Shown: positions 39,223 through 49,868, counted from the stretch's first letter. The stretch: 64,000 nucleotides of DNA from Candidatus Borrarchaeum weybense (GCA_019057385.1 JAHQJS010000006.1:256001-320000); one strand, 5' to 3'. Program-made: numbers and translations. Notes: generated by a model not told the origin, from the letters alone.

Positions 39223-40503
39223 GTGAAAGCAGTTATTATTGCAGCTGGAAAAGGCACGCGAATGAAGCCATTTACTCTCTCCAGACCAAAACCGCTTATT
39301 CCAGTAGCTGGAAAACCGCTTATTGAGCATACTATTACATCACTTAATAATTGTGGGATAACGGAAATCATCGTTGTGATCGGATATATGAAAGCTCAGA
39401 TGCAGAATTATTTTGAAAGGATATCAACACAATTATTTCAAGGCTTGAAAATCACGCTTGTCGAACAAAATGAGCAAAAAGGCACAGCACATGCCTTAAA
39501 ATTTGTGGAAGATTTCATAGATGAAGCATTCATGTTGATAAACGGTGATATAATCACAAGTGAAAAAAATTTTGAAGATGTGCTCAAAAGATATGATCAG
39601 AAAAGTGCACCCATCTTTTCATTAACACAGGTAGCAGATCCTTCAAATTTTGGGATTGTTGATTTAGATGCAGATGATCGCATTAAGAAGATCGTAGAAA
39701 AGCCCGCTGCCGAAAATGCCCCAAGTAACCTCGCCAATGCAGGCATTTATATCCTTCCCCCTCAGATCTTTGATGCCGTTAAAGAGACCTCGGTATCTTC
39801 TCGAGACGAATATGAACTCACGGATTCGATTCAAAAGTTGATTGATAATGGGTTCTCTTTCTATGGACACACCCTATCTGAATGGTGGGTGGATTGTGGA
39901 TTACCCTGGGATCTTCTTAGAATAAATGAGCAGATATTACAAGAATCAAAATTAAGAAATGAAGGTGAAGTTGAGGAAGGAGCGCGTTTAAAAGGTCCTG
40001 TTGGTGTTGGTAAGAATTCAATAATTCGTGCAGGAGCATACATACAAGGACCTGTACTTATTGGCATGGACTCTGAGATAGGCCCTAATAATTACATCAG
40101 ACCATATACTTTTGTTGGAAACGACGTAAGAATAGGCAATGCAGTCGAAATTAAAAGCAGTATAATATTTGATCACACACGTATTGGACATCTTTCTTAT
40201 GTTGGAGATTCAATAATTGGCGAGAACTGCAATTTTGGTGCAGGAACAAAAGTAGCAAATTTAAGGCTAGATAATAAAACGATAAAAGTTACTATTAAGG
40301 GAAAACGTGTCGACAGTGGACGAAGGAAGTTAGGTATTTTCATGGGCGATAACGTAAAGACTGGAATTAATGTTAGTTTTATGCCTGGAGTGAAAATTGG
40401 CCCAAGTTCAGCGATTGGATCTGAGATAGTAGTCTCGCGAGATGTTTCTGCAAATTCCTTCCTTCAAATTCGTCAAGATTTAGAAACGGCGGAGTGGCGT
40501 TAG
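39223..40503 (+). CDS. glmU: Bifunctional sugar-1-phosphate nucleotidyltransferase/acetyltransferase (archaeal GlmU)
   Basis: AAGKGTRM...PKPL, EKP, hexapeptide repeats, HLSYVGDS, ANLRLD, GRRKLG. Confidence 0.9.
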   Translation: MKAVIIAAGKGTRMKPFTLSRPKPLIPVAGKPLIEHTITSLNNCGITEIIVVIGYMKAQMQNYFERISTQLFQGLKITLVEQNEQKGTAHALKFVEDFIDEAFMLINGDIITSEKNFEDVLKRYDQKSAPIFSLTQVADPSNFGIVDLDADDRIKKIVEKPAAENAPSNLANAGIYILPPQIFDAVKETSVSSRDEYELTDSIQKLIDNGFSFYGHTLSEWWVDCGLPWDLLRINEQILQESKLRNEGEVEEGARLKGPVGVGKNSIIRAGAYIQGPVLIGMDSEIGPNNYIRPYTFVGNDVRIGNAVEIKSSIIFDHTRIGHLSYVGDSIIGENCNFGAGTKVANLRLDNKTIKVTIKGKRVDSGRRKLGIFMGDNVKTGINVSFMPGVKIGPSSAIGSEIVVSRDVSANSFLQIRQDLETAEWR

Positions 40504-40513
40504 TATTTGAAAA

Positions 40514-41131
40514 CTAACTCCTTATTTCACTAACTTGACTTATTATTTGACAACAAAGACCACTAACAAAGCATTTTCCTTCGCAATCGATGACTTTAAC
40601 AACTCTTGGTTCAAGTAAACATTTTGATTTTGTTTCAGGGGTATAATAGGGGCAATCACCTGTATTTGAACTAAATTCTTCAAGTAAAGCAGTAATTCGG
40701 TCTTCTCTTACTCTAGGATCAAGTTTATGATGATTATCGGTTTCTGTAGCGGAAATCATGTCATTACAAAGACTTAATTGCTCTTGCGTGATTTGGAAAG
40801 ACTCATTATATTTTTTTATCAATGAAATTGCAATAGTAGGAGAAAGTACCGCATTCTGAAACGCTGAAAGACCCACATAGATCTCTACTAGCAATTCCAC
40901 AAGAGATCCTTGGAATTTTTTGTATATCTCTTCAGGAAAAGACCTCGCGTTCAAGGAATAATATTCCCAAAAGATGTCTATTAAATGGAGCAAAATATCA
41001 CAGTTTTGCATTGTTTTATTTATGTTTTTCTTATTTATGTTACTCACATTGTTGTTTAGTTCATCCATGGCGTTTCCTATAGCATTTAATCGGATTGTAA
41101 TAGCTCGAGGATCAAATTCCATCAAATTCAA
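40514..41131 (-). CDS. Hypothetical protein with helical N-terminus and Cys-rich C-terminus
   Basis: 205-aa ORF filling the space between genes; CPYY...KC...CEGKC...CC. Confidence 0.6.
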   Translation of the reverse strand: MNLMEFDPRAITIRLNAIGNAMDELNNNVSNINKKNINKTMQNCDILLHLIDIFWEYYSLNARSFPEEIYKKFQGSLVELLVEIYVGLSAFQNAVLSPTIAISLIKKYNESFQITQEQLSLCNDMISATETDNHHKLDPRVREDRITALLEEFSSNTGDCPYYTPETKSKCLLEPRVVKVIDCEGKCFVSGLCCQIISQVSEIRS

Positions 41132-41259
41132 ATCCCTCTTTTAGAATTTGATTCTTACCTTAACATGAATATTAATAGTGGTATCATTTGGACTATATTT
41201 CGGTACGATAAAATTAATCTTGAATTAAGGATAGCATGTATTGGAAGTAGGGTTTTTGA

Positions 41260-42852
41260 ATGAAAACGATGAAACTAATCAAAGAGCGCAATTTGGTTAG
41301 AAAAAATTGGCGAGAAATGGATCTTAGAGTTGCACTATGCTATCCTAATAAATATCATATAGGAATGAGTTCTTTTACGATCCATCTAATCCCACATCTT
41401 TTTAATTCCAGAAATAATGTAGTTTGTGAGCGTGTCTTTTTACCTTACACAAAAGCGCAACCAACTTCAATAGAGTCAAACCAACCTCTTAAAAATTTTG
41501 ATCTTATTGGATTTTCTGTACAGTTTGAAACTGATTACCCACATATCGTTAAAATGCTTCTTGATTCTTTCATTCCTCCCTATGCCAGAGAACGAGATGG
41601 TAAAGAATATCCTCTTGTCATTGGTGGAGGACCGTGTATTTCTGCTAATCCCGAACCTATAGCTGATTTTTTCGATTTGTTAGTGGTTGGTGATATAGAA
41701 CCAGTACTTGATAAGATCATTGACCACTGTTTGAAGTTTAAGAATCCCAGAAATCGTCTTAATGAATTATTGGATATGCCTGGCGTATATCTGCCATCGC
41801 TAAATCAGGATACTATCAAAAGTGTCTGGGTAAATGAAATGGACAATATCTTACATCCTTTGCAGCAAATTGTCCCATTGGTTGAGCGTAAAGATAAGGT
41901 CTCTCTGGCATTTGGAAAAACGTTTCTCATGGAAATATCAAGAGGATGTAGCCATGGTTGTCGTTTTTGCCTAATTGGATACACAAACAGACCTTATAGA
42001 GAGAGATCTCTTTCTGTTTTAGAGAAAATAGTTGATAAAGGGATCGAGTTAACTGGCGTTAAGAAAATATCACTGATTGGTGCTGCGATATCTGATTATA
42101 AAAGACTTGAAGATCTTTGCTGGTATATAGTTAACTCTGGTTTAAACTTATCTCTTTCATCTTTACGAGCTGATCGTGTTACTCCATCGCTTATTGAGGC
42201 AATTGCTTCCAGTGGACAACAATCAATTGCCCTTGCTCCTGAAACAGGCACTAATAAACTTAGATATTGTACAAAAAAGCAGATGACAAATGATGATATC
42301 GCTAGGGCTGCGGAAATTGCAGCTGAATATGGAATTCATCATCTGAAACTCTACTATTTAATAGGTTTGCCAAACGAGGAAGAATCTGATTTGAAAGGAA
42401 TAATTGAACAAGCAAAAGAAATCTCACAATTTAAATTTAAAAGAGGTATATCCTTAAGCATAAACCCGTTTGTTCCTAAGGCACATACACCTTTTCAATG
42501 GGATCCACAACCTCCACTTGAAATTCTTAGAGAAAAAAAACGGTTTCTTGAATCTGCTTTACGAAAATTTGCTCCAAAGATTGCTTTAAAATTTCTCGAC
42601 TTTAGATGGGGTAAAATACAAGCCCTTCTTTCGCGCGGAGATCGACACTTGAGTGAAGTAATAAAAACTGTAGCAGAGCGCCATATTACACTTGGTAGTT
42701 GGAGGAAGGCCTTATCTGAAGCAAATATCAAATTAGAAGAGTATTTAAATCGTTTTTCTTTATATGATGAGATGCCTTGGGATCATATTCTGCTTAATTT
42801 TCGAAGAGCCTCATTAATTAAAGAACGAATGCTTGTGGTAAAAGGAAAATAA
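41260..42852 (+). CDS. Radical SAM protein with B12-binding-like N-terminal domain
   Basis: EISRGCSHGCRFC, YPNKYHIGMS, GGPCISANPEP, SLRAD, APETG, PFVPKAHTPFQW. Confidence 0.88.
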   Translation: MKTMKLIKERNLVRKNWREMDLRVALCYPNKYHIGMSSFTIHLIPHLFNSRNNVVCERVFLPYTKAQPTSIESNQPLKNFDLIGFSVQFETDYPHIVKMLLDSFIPPYARERDGKEYPLVIGGGPCISANPEPIADFFDLLVVGDIEPVLDKIIDHCLKFKNPRNRLNELLDMPGVYLPSLNQDTIKSVWVNEMDNILHPLQQIVPLVERKDKVSLAFGKTFLMEISRGCSHGCRFCLIGYTNRPYRERSLSVLEKIVDKGIELTGVKKISLIGAAISDYKRLEDLCWYIVNSGLNLSLSSLRADRVTPSLIEAIASSGQQSIALAPETGTNKLRYCTKKQMTNDDIARAAEIAAEYGIHHLKLYYLIGLPNEEESDLKGIIEQAKEISQFKFKRGISLSINPFVPKAHTPFQWDPQPPLEILREKKRFLESALRKFAPKIALKFLDFRWGKIQALLSRGDRHLSEVIKTVAERHITLGSWRKALSEANIKLEEYLNRFSLYDEMPWDHILLNFRRASLIKERMLVVKGK

Positions 42853-42982
42853 CTATCCACAATTTATGGATAGTAAGCACAATTTATGGATAATATGCAA
42901 TCTCACTTGAGATAGTGAAGTATATATAGGGATATTACCATATGAACTGTTCTGACAACAATCAAATGCTTGTGGGATTCCT

Positions 42983-43327
42983 GTGGAATACAAAGAGGTC
43001 AAAAAGAAATATCCATCTATTTATCAGGAACTTCAATTAGAAACTTCAAAAGTGCGCATAAGTAGTTATCGTTCTGATACAAATACTGGAGAGGCTGCAG
43101 TTGTATCAGGACATAATCTTACAGGATATATGCCCGATGTCATTGATTATCTGAGACGTTGTGACAATGAAGCGCAGGCAAAAGAAATAATTGAATTTTT
43201 GAAAGAAAAGGGTGAACTTTCTTCTGAGTATGCAGATCGTCTCATGGCTCAACTTTTAGAGCATGGTGTGCGCAGTTTCGGATCCAAAAAGCCACCTGGT
43301 TGGTATGAGCAGCTGAAAAGTCAGTAA
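42983..43327 (+). CDS. DUF2095 family protein
   Basis: GYMPDVIDYLRRC...GE...GVRSFGSKKPPGWY. Confidence 0.8.
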   Translation: MEYKEVKKKYPSIYQELQLETSKVRISSYRSDTNTGEAAVVSGHNLTGYMPDVIDYLRRCDNEAQAKEIIEFLKEKGELSSEYADRLMAQLLEHGVRSFGSKKPPGWYEQLKSQ

Positions 43328-43356
43328 ATGTTTGAATCAAACTTGCAAATATATAT

Positions 43357-43986
43357 TTATGCTGCTGCTTCAGATACAGGCTCAGGCTCAACTTCGGGAA
43401 TCACATCAGGTACCCGTGTCACTTTTGATTTCATGATTTCACATTTTCTCAAAGCCGTTACTTTCTTCGCTGCATTATAGATCTCGCTGCCAACCTTTCC
43501 CAAAACAACTTGCTGTACAAATTGTTGAAATGTAAGTTCTTCTGCCTTCTTTTGGATAATATCTTCCATGATTTTCCGAATTATGTGTTGTTGTGTTGTC
43601 TTAGCACGTGATAGAGTAAGAACGATTGCTGTGAGCCTTAAAGTATAGCCGTCTTTCGTCGTCACATTAAAAATACCATCAATTCTGGAACTACCTCTTC
43701 TGATGAGGGAACGTAGATAATCTCGTGTGAAAACATGACCCTGATACTCTGTATAAGCAATTTTGTTTTTCACTTCATTAATTTGAAAAAGCAACTTCAC
43801 ATGAATTTGATTAAAATCATTAGTAATGTCGTACAATGTGGTTTCGATCCTTCTACCCACAATTTTTTCTGGATCAACCGCAACAGTCTCACCTATGTCT
43901 AGGTTGCCAAAATAACTTGGTGTTTGAATCTTATACCACTCTTTACTCTTCCATTTGTCTACAGTCCGTCTCCTTCTTTTAGACAA
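43357..43986 (-). CDS. rps3ae: 30S ribosomal protein S3Ae
   Basis: DKWKSKEWY, DYLRSLIRRGSSRID, CEIMKSKV. Confidence 0.96.
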   Translation of the reverse strand: MSKRRRRTVDKWKSKEWYKIQTPSYFGNLDIGETVAVDPEKIVGRRIETTLYDITNDFNQIHVKLLFQINEVKNKIAYTEYQGHVFTRDYLRSLIRRGSSRIDGIFNVTTKDGYTLRLTAIVLTLSRAKTTQQHIIRKIMEDIIQKKAEELTFQQFVQQVVLGKVGSEIYNAAKKVTALRKCEIMKSKVTRVPDVIPEVEPEPVSEAAA

Positions 43987-44209
43987 TTTCTATCCTCCAT
44001 AAACATTTCATAAGACTATTAGCGTCTCTTGAATTAACGAAATAATGATCAATTAATTTCGTGAATGATCTGGATAATGTGAATATCGAATGAAAAAACA
44101 ATTTAAAAGTTTTGTTTAGCTGCAGCTACACAAAAAAGTCAGATTGTTCTTTGACAAGATTTTTGATAACTTAGATTGTCGCTTTTATGATCAAAAAAAA
44201 TAGGCGTAT

Positions 44210-44560
44210 TTATCTTCCTGGTGCCAGGAAGAATGCCATTACAAGCCTTTCTTTGCCAGTGTTCTTGATGTAATGCTTTATCCCTTTAGGTATCCACAAT
44301 GCGTCTCCAGGACTAATTTGTGTCTCTTTTTCGTCTTCTCCATACCAGACCGTCCCTGTGCCACTTACACAGTAATAGACTTCTGCTTGAGGGGGATCGT
44401 CATGGGCATGGGGATCTAATCCTTCGCCTGGTTCAAAGTCCCCCATTACAAACATGGCTTCTTTACTTCCTATAGTGTCCTTAGTGAAGAATATTCTAAT
44501 GGATCCTCCCAAGATCTTTTTTACTTCGGTCTCATGGAAATTCATCTTTTTAACTGACAT
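44210..44560 (-). CDS. Cupin domain protein
   Basis: PHAH...EVYYCVSGTG...GDALWIPKGIKH. Confidence 0.9.
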   Translation of the reverse strand: MSVKKMNFHETEVKKILGGSIRIFFTKDTIGSKEAMFVMGDFEPGEGLDPHAHDDPPQAEVYYCVSGTGTVWYGEDEKETQISPGDALWIPKGIKHYIKNTGKERLVMAFFLAPGR

Positions 44561-44643
44561 TTTAAATCACCATTCTTTCTTTTTTAAGATCACAATATAA
44601 AATCATTAGGTTTTAAGTATAAATCATGGTGCTAGTTTGTTAT

Positions 44644-44931
44644 CTATTCTGACGGACGCCTTCCTTTGTTGTCGATTTCCTCTTTCTCGCGTATATGAAT
44701 TAGCAGTGTATCAAGAGTTTTAAGAAAAAGTTTAACTGACTCTGTTGCTTCGACATTTATCTTTAAGAAGTCATCATCGTTTTGTTCAAAATTAATATTC
44801 AATGTTGGATGATCTTCCATCCCTTTTTCCTTTAAGTATAGAAAAATATCTTTCACAAAACGAGGAGATGGGTACTTAATCTTTAATTTTGCCTTAGTTT
44901 GTTTAATCAACTTATCCGTCGTCTTGGACAT
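44644..44931 (-). CDS. pcc1: Probable KEOPS subunit Pcc1
   Basis: Small alpha/beta protein overlapping the DHH gene, at the usual rps15-DHH-pcc1-rps3ae position; sequence similarity is weak. Confidence 0.55.
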   Translation of the reverse strand: MSKTTDKLIKQTKAKLKIKYPSPRFVKDIFLYLKEKGMEDHPTLNINFEQNDDDFLKINVEATESVKLFLKTLDTLLIHIREKEEIDNKGRRPSE

Positions 44932-46393
44932 TTTTAACAGACTCTGATTTTGCAAATTGTTTGTCTATATTTTTGCGTACTAATTTTATGTACTCTTGCT
45001 CTTTTTCCAAAGGTACTCTTGCGCCTGCAGCTATATCATGCCCACCTGCTTCCACACCTTCTATGCCTTGTGCAGCGTCACTAAGTGCTTTTCCGATGCT
45101 TATGCCTTTACTTACTAATTTCTCAGTTGAGCGACCTGAAACTTTAATAAAGCCTTCACCTTCCTGAAGTGCTATTCCAAGGACGATCTTTTCAGAAGAG
45201 AGCATGTTACTGCTTCTAGCAAGTCCAACAACTGTTCCAATTATTCGATCATCCACAAGTCTTTTTCCATCGAAAATCTGTACATTTTCAAAATCTACTA
45301 TTCTCTCGATATTATCACTTATGAGTGAAATGTGGTCAGAAAGTCGAGTTCGATATTTTGAGAGTACGTCCTCTGCATCTTTATAGGCTCTTTTACGGTC
45401 TCCCATACATAGCGCAACGCCCACACCTGCTGAACCCATTCGACCACATGCATTTAGGCAAGAGGCGAATTCTCGTGCGTCTCTTAAAATTCCGCCCTCT
45501 TTTTCTTTAACTAGTGTATACACATTCCCAACAATACTCTGCGCTTCATCTGATGAAACGCCATGCTGTAGACTTCTTGTGATGAGAGCGCTAACTAACT
45601 TTGTTCGTTCCTCAGTAGTCAAATCAGCAATTGATCTCCATTCATCTCCCTTTTTTAGTGGAATTTGAAGTTCTACCAATAACTTAAAGCACGCATCACG
45701 GTTTCCAGTAATACTTGGAATAAACGGGTCAGTGGTGTATTCTAAAGCGGTATGAACGGGTCGTGTCATTCTACCAAATAGCCTAAGATCTTTCTTAACC
45801 TCAAGGACTTGTGCATTTACTGCGTCGTCAACAATATTTTTATTTAATCCAATAAATGATCCTTGCTCACCTTTATCTTGCCGATCTCCGATAGAGCCAA
45901 CAACAGCTAAAGCGGATAGATCCTTATTTTCTTCATGTATAGCCCTGGCTACAAAATAACTCACACCAGCGCCACTTACATCGTATGATCCATTGATTTC
46001 AAAAAGATGCGGGTTGAGTTGAAAAACTCCGTCTTCAGCACCAATTGGAGGGTGATGGTCCAGTATAACAACTTTGGTTTTTTTCGTATCAAGGTATTTT
46101 CTCACGATATCTAATTGACCAGATCCTAAATCAGTAAAAATGAAAAGATTAACATTTTCTTTCCCTTTAGAGAGTGTAGCCATAATGTCTTCTTCAAGTT
46201 GTCGAATAATTGAAACCTGAAAACTTGCTCCAGCACGATATAAAGTAGTTGCGATTATCCCTGCTGCAGTAATCCCATCTGTATCTAAATGAGAAACGAT
46301 TTTGGTCTGTCCGTTGTTATTTTTTATTGCATCTTTAATTACGTCTGCAATATCTTCTGCTTTTTTCAAAAAATCGTCATATTTCTTTTCCAT
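44912..46393 (-). CDS. RecJ/Cdc45-like DHH phosphoesterase (GAN/HAN-type)
   Basis: SHLDTDG, FTDLGSG, LDHH, LNACGR, GGHDIAAG. True start at 46393 after a GGTGGAGG SD; the ORF-track extension runs into the IS. Confidence 0.9.
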   Translation of the reverse strand: MEKKYDDFLKKAEDIADVIKDAIKNNNGQTKIVSHLDTDGITAAGIIATTLYRAGASFQVSIIRQLEEDIMATLSKGKENVNLFIFTDLGSGQLDIVRKYLDTKKTKVVILDHHPPIGAEDGVFQLNPHLFEINGSYDVSGAGVSYFVARAIHEENKDLSALAVVGSIGDRQDKGEQGSFIGLNKNIVDDAVNAQVLEVKKDLRLFGRMTRPVHTALEYTTDPFIPSITGNRDACFKLLVELQIPLKKGDEWRSIADLTTEERTKLVSALITRSLQHGVSSDEAQSIVGNVYTLVKEKEGGILRDAREFASCLNACGRMGSAGVGVALCMGDRKRAYKDAEDVLSKYRTRLSDHISLISDNIERIVDFENVQIFDGKRLVDDRIIGTVVGLARSSNMLSSEKIVLGIALQEGEGFIKVSGRSTEKLVSKGISIGKALSDAAQGIEGVEAGGHDIAAGARVPLEKEQEYIKLVRKNIDKQFAKSESVKNVQDDG

Positions 46394-46445
46394 AGCCTCC
46401 ACCATCGCCGTAATAAACGTGTGGAGATAGTTTATACTGTCTCCG

Positions 46446-47816
46446 CAAGAAGACCCCCCAACTTGTTGGGGGGATGAATTGTATTTTTTTACTGGTTTCA
46501 CTTTCAGGGTTGTGTCCCCCTGTTTAAATAGCTGTTTGCGGATACTGACTATTGTTAGTGATATGGCGCTCAAGGCAACCGAGGATGAGTTGTGATGAAA
46601 CGCACGTACCAATTTCGCCTGTATCCCACCGCACCGCAGGCAACTATTCTCACCCAATGGCTTACTACTTGCCGCCTGTTGTATAATAACTCTCTTGCCG
46701 AGCGAAAAAATGCCTGGGAAACTCAGAAGCAATCAGTTACCTATGACGAGCAAGCCAACCACTTGAAAGGCGCTAAAAAGACCAACCCGTTTTTGAAAGC
46801 GGTTCACTCGCAGGTACTACAAGACGTGCTGAGACGGCTGGATAAGACCTTTAAGAACTTTTTTCGGCGCGTTAACAAGGGCGAAAAAGCCGGATACCCG
46901 CGCTTTAAGGGGCAATACCGCTATGATTCCTTCACCTACCCGCAAAGTGGGTTCGCCCTCGAAAAGAAGAAACTTCGGCTCTCGAAAATCGGGGCTATTA
47001 CCATCAAACTCCACCGTCCTATCCCGCCTGAAGGCGAGGTCAAGACCTACACCATTAAACGAGATGTCGACCACTGGTATGCCTGTTTTTCAGTCGAACT
47101 GCCTGATCCCACCCCTTACACTCAACAAATAGCCATACAGAAGGCGATAGGGGTAGATGTCGGGCTGACGAGTTTACTGACGTTAAATAACGGAGAAACA
47201 ATAGGCAACCCCCGTTGGTTGAGACATTCGGAGAAGCAATTAGCCAAAGAGCAGCGAAGAAAAGACAGGAAAGTTAAGGGCTCACGTAACCGTCACAAAC
47301 AGAACAGGAAGGTGGCACGGCTACACAGGAAGATACGCAATCAGCGGAAGGACTTTCATCACAAGCTCAGCCGGAAACTGGTCGGGAGTTATGACCTGGT
47401 GGTGTATGAGCTGCTTACCATTACCAACATGGTGAAGAACCACCGTCTCGCCAAGTCGATCAGTGACGCCGGCTGGGGGCAACTCATGCGTTTTACCGAG
47501 TACAAAGCGGAGGAAGCTGGTACGCTGGTAGAGTATGTGAGTGCCTACAATACCACACAACTGTGTAGCCGGTGCGGAAAGTTGGTGCCGAAAACCCTGG
47601 CAACCCGAATCCACCGCTGCCCGTACTGTGGGCTGGTGTTAGCGAGAGATCATAATTCTGCAATCACTGTTTTACAGCGATCCACTCACTATGTAAAAGC
47701 ACGCTCATCATCATTATCGTCATCAGGGCAGGAACTGCCCGTTGAGCCTGGTTGACATGTCCCGCTGGGGAATGGATGACCCAGGAAGCCACCCTACTTG
47801 CAGGGTGGTAGTTCAC
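46446..47816 (+). mobile_element. IS1341-type (tnpB-only) IS200/IS605 element 1
   Basis: Left hairpin CCCCCCAAC-TT-GTTGGGGGG (46454-46473); right end GAAGCCACCCT...AGGGTGGTAGTTCAC; GC content higher than host; no tnpA. Confidence 0.88.
46595..47755 (+). CDS. tnpB: TnpB RNA-guided endonuclease
   Basis: TYQFRLYPT, GYPRFK, RuvC residues GVDVG / VYE / RDHNSA, zinc ribbon CSRCG...CPYCG. Confidence 0.95.
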   Translation: MKRTYQFRLYPTAPQATILTQWLTTCRLLYNNSLAERKNAWETQKQSVTYDEQANHLKGAKKTNPFLKAVHSQVLQDVLRRLDKTFKNFFRRVNKGEKAGYPRFKGQYRYDSFTYPQSGFALEKKKLRLSKIGAITIKLHRPIPPEGEVKTYTIKRDVDHWYACFSVELPDPTPYTQQIAIQKAIGVDVGLTSLLTLNNGETIGNPRWLRHSEKQLAKEQRRKDRKVKGSRNRHKQNRKVARLHRKIRNQRKDFHHKLSRKLVGSYDLVVYELLTITNMVKNHRLAKSISDAGWGQLMRFTEYKAEEAGTLVEYVSAYNTTQLCSRCGKLVPKTLATRIHRCPYCGLVLARDHNSAITVLQRSTHYVKARSSSLSSSGQELPVEPG

Positions 47817-47972
47817 CTACACAAATATTTTAATAGACCACGATTCACATTTCAATGCCTATATTAAATTGACTAATATTCATTGAAAAACAAGTTTGTT
47901 AGCTGTGCAATATAACTTTTTATGTTTTGAGTTAAAAAAAGCATCGTAAATAAAGAATTAACAACTTTTTTG

Positions 47973-48428
47973 TTATCTAATTAATTGTGCTACCTTTTTC
48001 GGATCGTATTTCCACTTTGGATCAATTTTCTTCGTTTTGCGGTAATATTTCGAGAGCCTATGGATTTTTGCTTCTGTCAGCTGCAACCCTCTTTTTGAGT
48101 GTAGATCCTTTGGATTAGCTTCCATATGATTGCGGAGATTCCAAGCCTTCCTGATGAGATTTAATATGTCTTCTGGAAGTACTGAGACTAAATCATGCTC
48201 TACTAAATGCTGAGATACGCTTTTTCCTGTATGAAGTTTCACAGATGGAATACCATATTGATCCCTAAGTATTGTTCCGATCATTGCCTGCGACTCGCCC
48301 GCCTTAGCAAGCTTGACAATTATATCATCAACCTCTTCTGGCGAATATTCTACCCATACAGGCGATTTTGTGCGTGGGGGACGCTTACTTGCACTTTTAC
48401 CCCGTGCTCTACTGTGCATTCTAGCCAT
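47973..48428 (-). CDS. rps15: 30S ribosomal protein S15 (uS15/S13e)
   Basis: [17 protein letters not shown]...LRDQYGIP...DLHSKRGL...KYY. Confidence 0.96.
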   Translation of the reverse strand: MARMHSRARGKSASKRPPRTKSPVWVEYSPEEVDDIIVKLAKAGESQAMIGTILRDQYGIPSVKLHTGKSVSQHLVEHDLVSVLPEDILNLIRKAWNLRNHMEANPKDLHSKRGLQLTEAKIHRLSKYYRKTKKIDPKWKYDPKKVAQLIR

Positions 48429-48771
48429 TTTAGTTTCCTCCAAGAATGTTCCTCTGAATTTCTACATTTTTGTCAGTTGTGTGGAATTCTTGGTTTGTAG
48501 ATTAAGGTTTTTTAAATCTAAATGTTTTAAAAAGGTTACCAAAAAAACACAATTGAGTTTTAAATTTTTGCTGATTATAGCGGGAGACTGAAAGTTAGCT
48601 TGTATCACTTTCTTAAAACTCGAAGTTGAGGTTTTTAACTTAATCTTTAAGAATATTTGCAGTAAGCTCGTTAGATGGTTTAATTAGTTTCAATACCTTT
48701 ATTTTTTTCAGATGTTGTTTAAGGATTTGGAGATAATATAATGGTGAAAACCAATTTGGAGAGTCCCCATC

Positions 48772-49449
48772 ATGATCCTTATGAGTAGCACAATTAGTGA
48801 GTTTGTGAAAAAATTAGGTGCTGACTTAGTTGGCATAGCACATGTTAAAGAAATAAAGGATGAAAGGATAAAAGCAGAAATTAAAAGCGTATTTGATGAT
48901 GCAAGAACTCTAATTTTAATTGGGAGACGTTTAGAACATCTAATGATTGACAAAAAAGGGGAAGAAAGCGCAAATTACCAGATTACAATAAGCAAGACTT
49001 TAAAGTTGATTACACAAAAACTTGTTGGATTCATTTTCAGAAGCGGTTTTAACTCTAAACTATTATTGGATCCTGAAAAAATGAGTGATGATCAACGAAT
49101 CAATATCAAGAAACTTGCAGAATCTGCTGGATTAGGGCAAATTGGCTTTAACAACTTGCTTTTGACACCAGAGTTCGGGGCGCGTGTATTAATTGCTGCA
49201 TTAGTAACTGACGCCCTTTTAGAACCTAGCAAAAGGATAGAATCACCAATCTGTTTGGAATTGAAAGGAATTTCCTGTAAAAAATGCGCAGATGCGTGTC
49301 CGCAACTTGCAATAAGCTTTACAGGGCGATTTTATGAGTCCAAGTGTCTAAAACAGCTCAGTAAAGACATTGAGTTATATCAATCTTATTACTGCACTCT
49401 GTGTATTACATCGTGTCCTGTAGGACATCCTGATTCTTCAGAGCAATAA
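48772..49449 (+). CDS. QueG/reductive-dehalogenase-like 4Fe-4S protein
   Basis: GADLVGIA, AGLGQIGFNNLLLTPEFG, CKKCADACP, CTLCITSCP. Confidence 0.8.
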   Translation: MILMSSTISEFVKKLGADLVGIAHVKEIKDERIKAEIKSVFDDARTLILIGRRLEHLMIDKKGEESANYQITISKTLKLITQKLVGFIFRSGFNSKLLLDPEKMSDDQRINIKKLAESAGLGQIGFNNLLLTPEFGARVLIAALVTDALLEPSKRIESPICLELKGISCKKCADACPQLAISFTGRFYESKCLKQLSKDIELYQSYYCTLCITSCPVGHPDSSEQ

Positions 49450-49464
49450 ACGACTCAATGAAGT

Positions 49465-49647
49465 TTACTTTTCATTTAGAATGTTTAAAATACTAATAAT
49501 ATCTTTTTGTGCCCTTTTTAGTAACTTTATTGCCTTCTTTTTTTCTTTTTCGTCTAACGAATGAAATGGGGCAGTTTTTCGCCATAGTTCACGCAAGTCT
49601 GTTAATGCATAAAGAGCGTCAAAAGTAAGAGAAACCCGTTCACTCAT
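49465..49647 (-). CDS. Small hypothetical protein
   Basis: 60-aa ORF with GGTGA SD, downstream of tRNA-Cys. Confidence 0.55.
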   Translation of the reverse strand: MSERVSLTFDALYALTDLRELWRKTAPFHSLDEKEKKKAIKLLKRAQKDIISILNILNEK

Positions 49648-49681
49648 TTTGTTCACCTACAAATAGTTAGGAATAAATTGA

Positions 49682-49772
49682 AGCCGGGGGGAGGAATTGA
49701 ACCTCCGTAAAGCGGATCTGCAGTCCACCGCCTCTAAGAGGGAGATATTTCCAGCCTCTAGGCTACCCCGGC
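49682..49772 (-). tRNA. tRNA-Cys(GCA) with a 19-nt D-loop intron
   Basis: GCCGGGG acceptor stem, GTGGA-CTGCAGA-TCCGC anticodon arm, U73 discriminator. Intron 49735-49753 forms a strict BHB (AGAG/CTCT helix, GCT and TAG bulges). Confidence 0.93.
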
Positions 49773-49868
49773 ATATCATTCAATTTAATATGTATACGTT
49801 TCTGGCCACCTCGATCAGATGCGTCTCGCCTAATAGAAGACTAATTTAAAAACATTACTGATAATAAG

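Noticed and set aside
46394-46732. 113-aa N-terminal extension of the DHH protein in the ORF track
   Set aside because: It is an open frame through the IS left end and antisense tnpB; a good SD and ATG exist at 46393.
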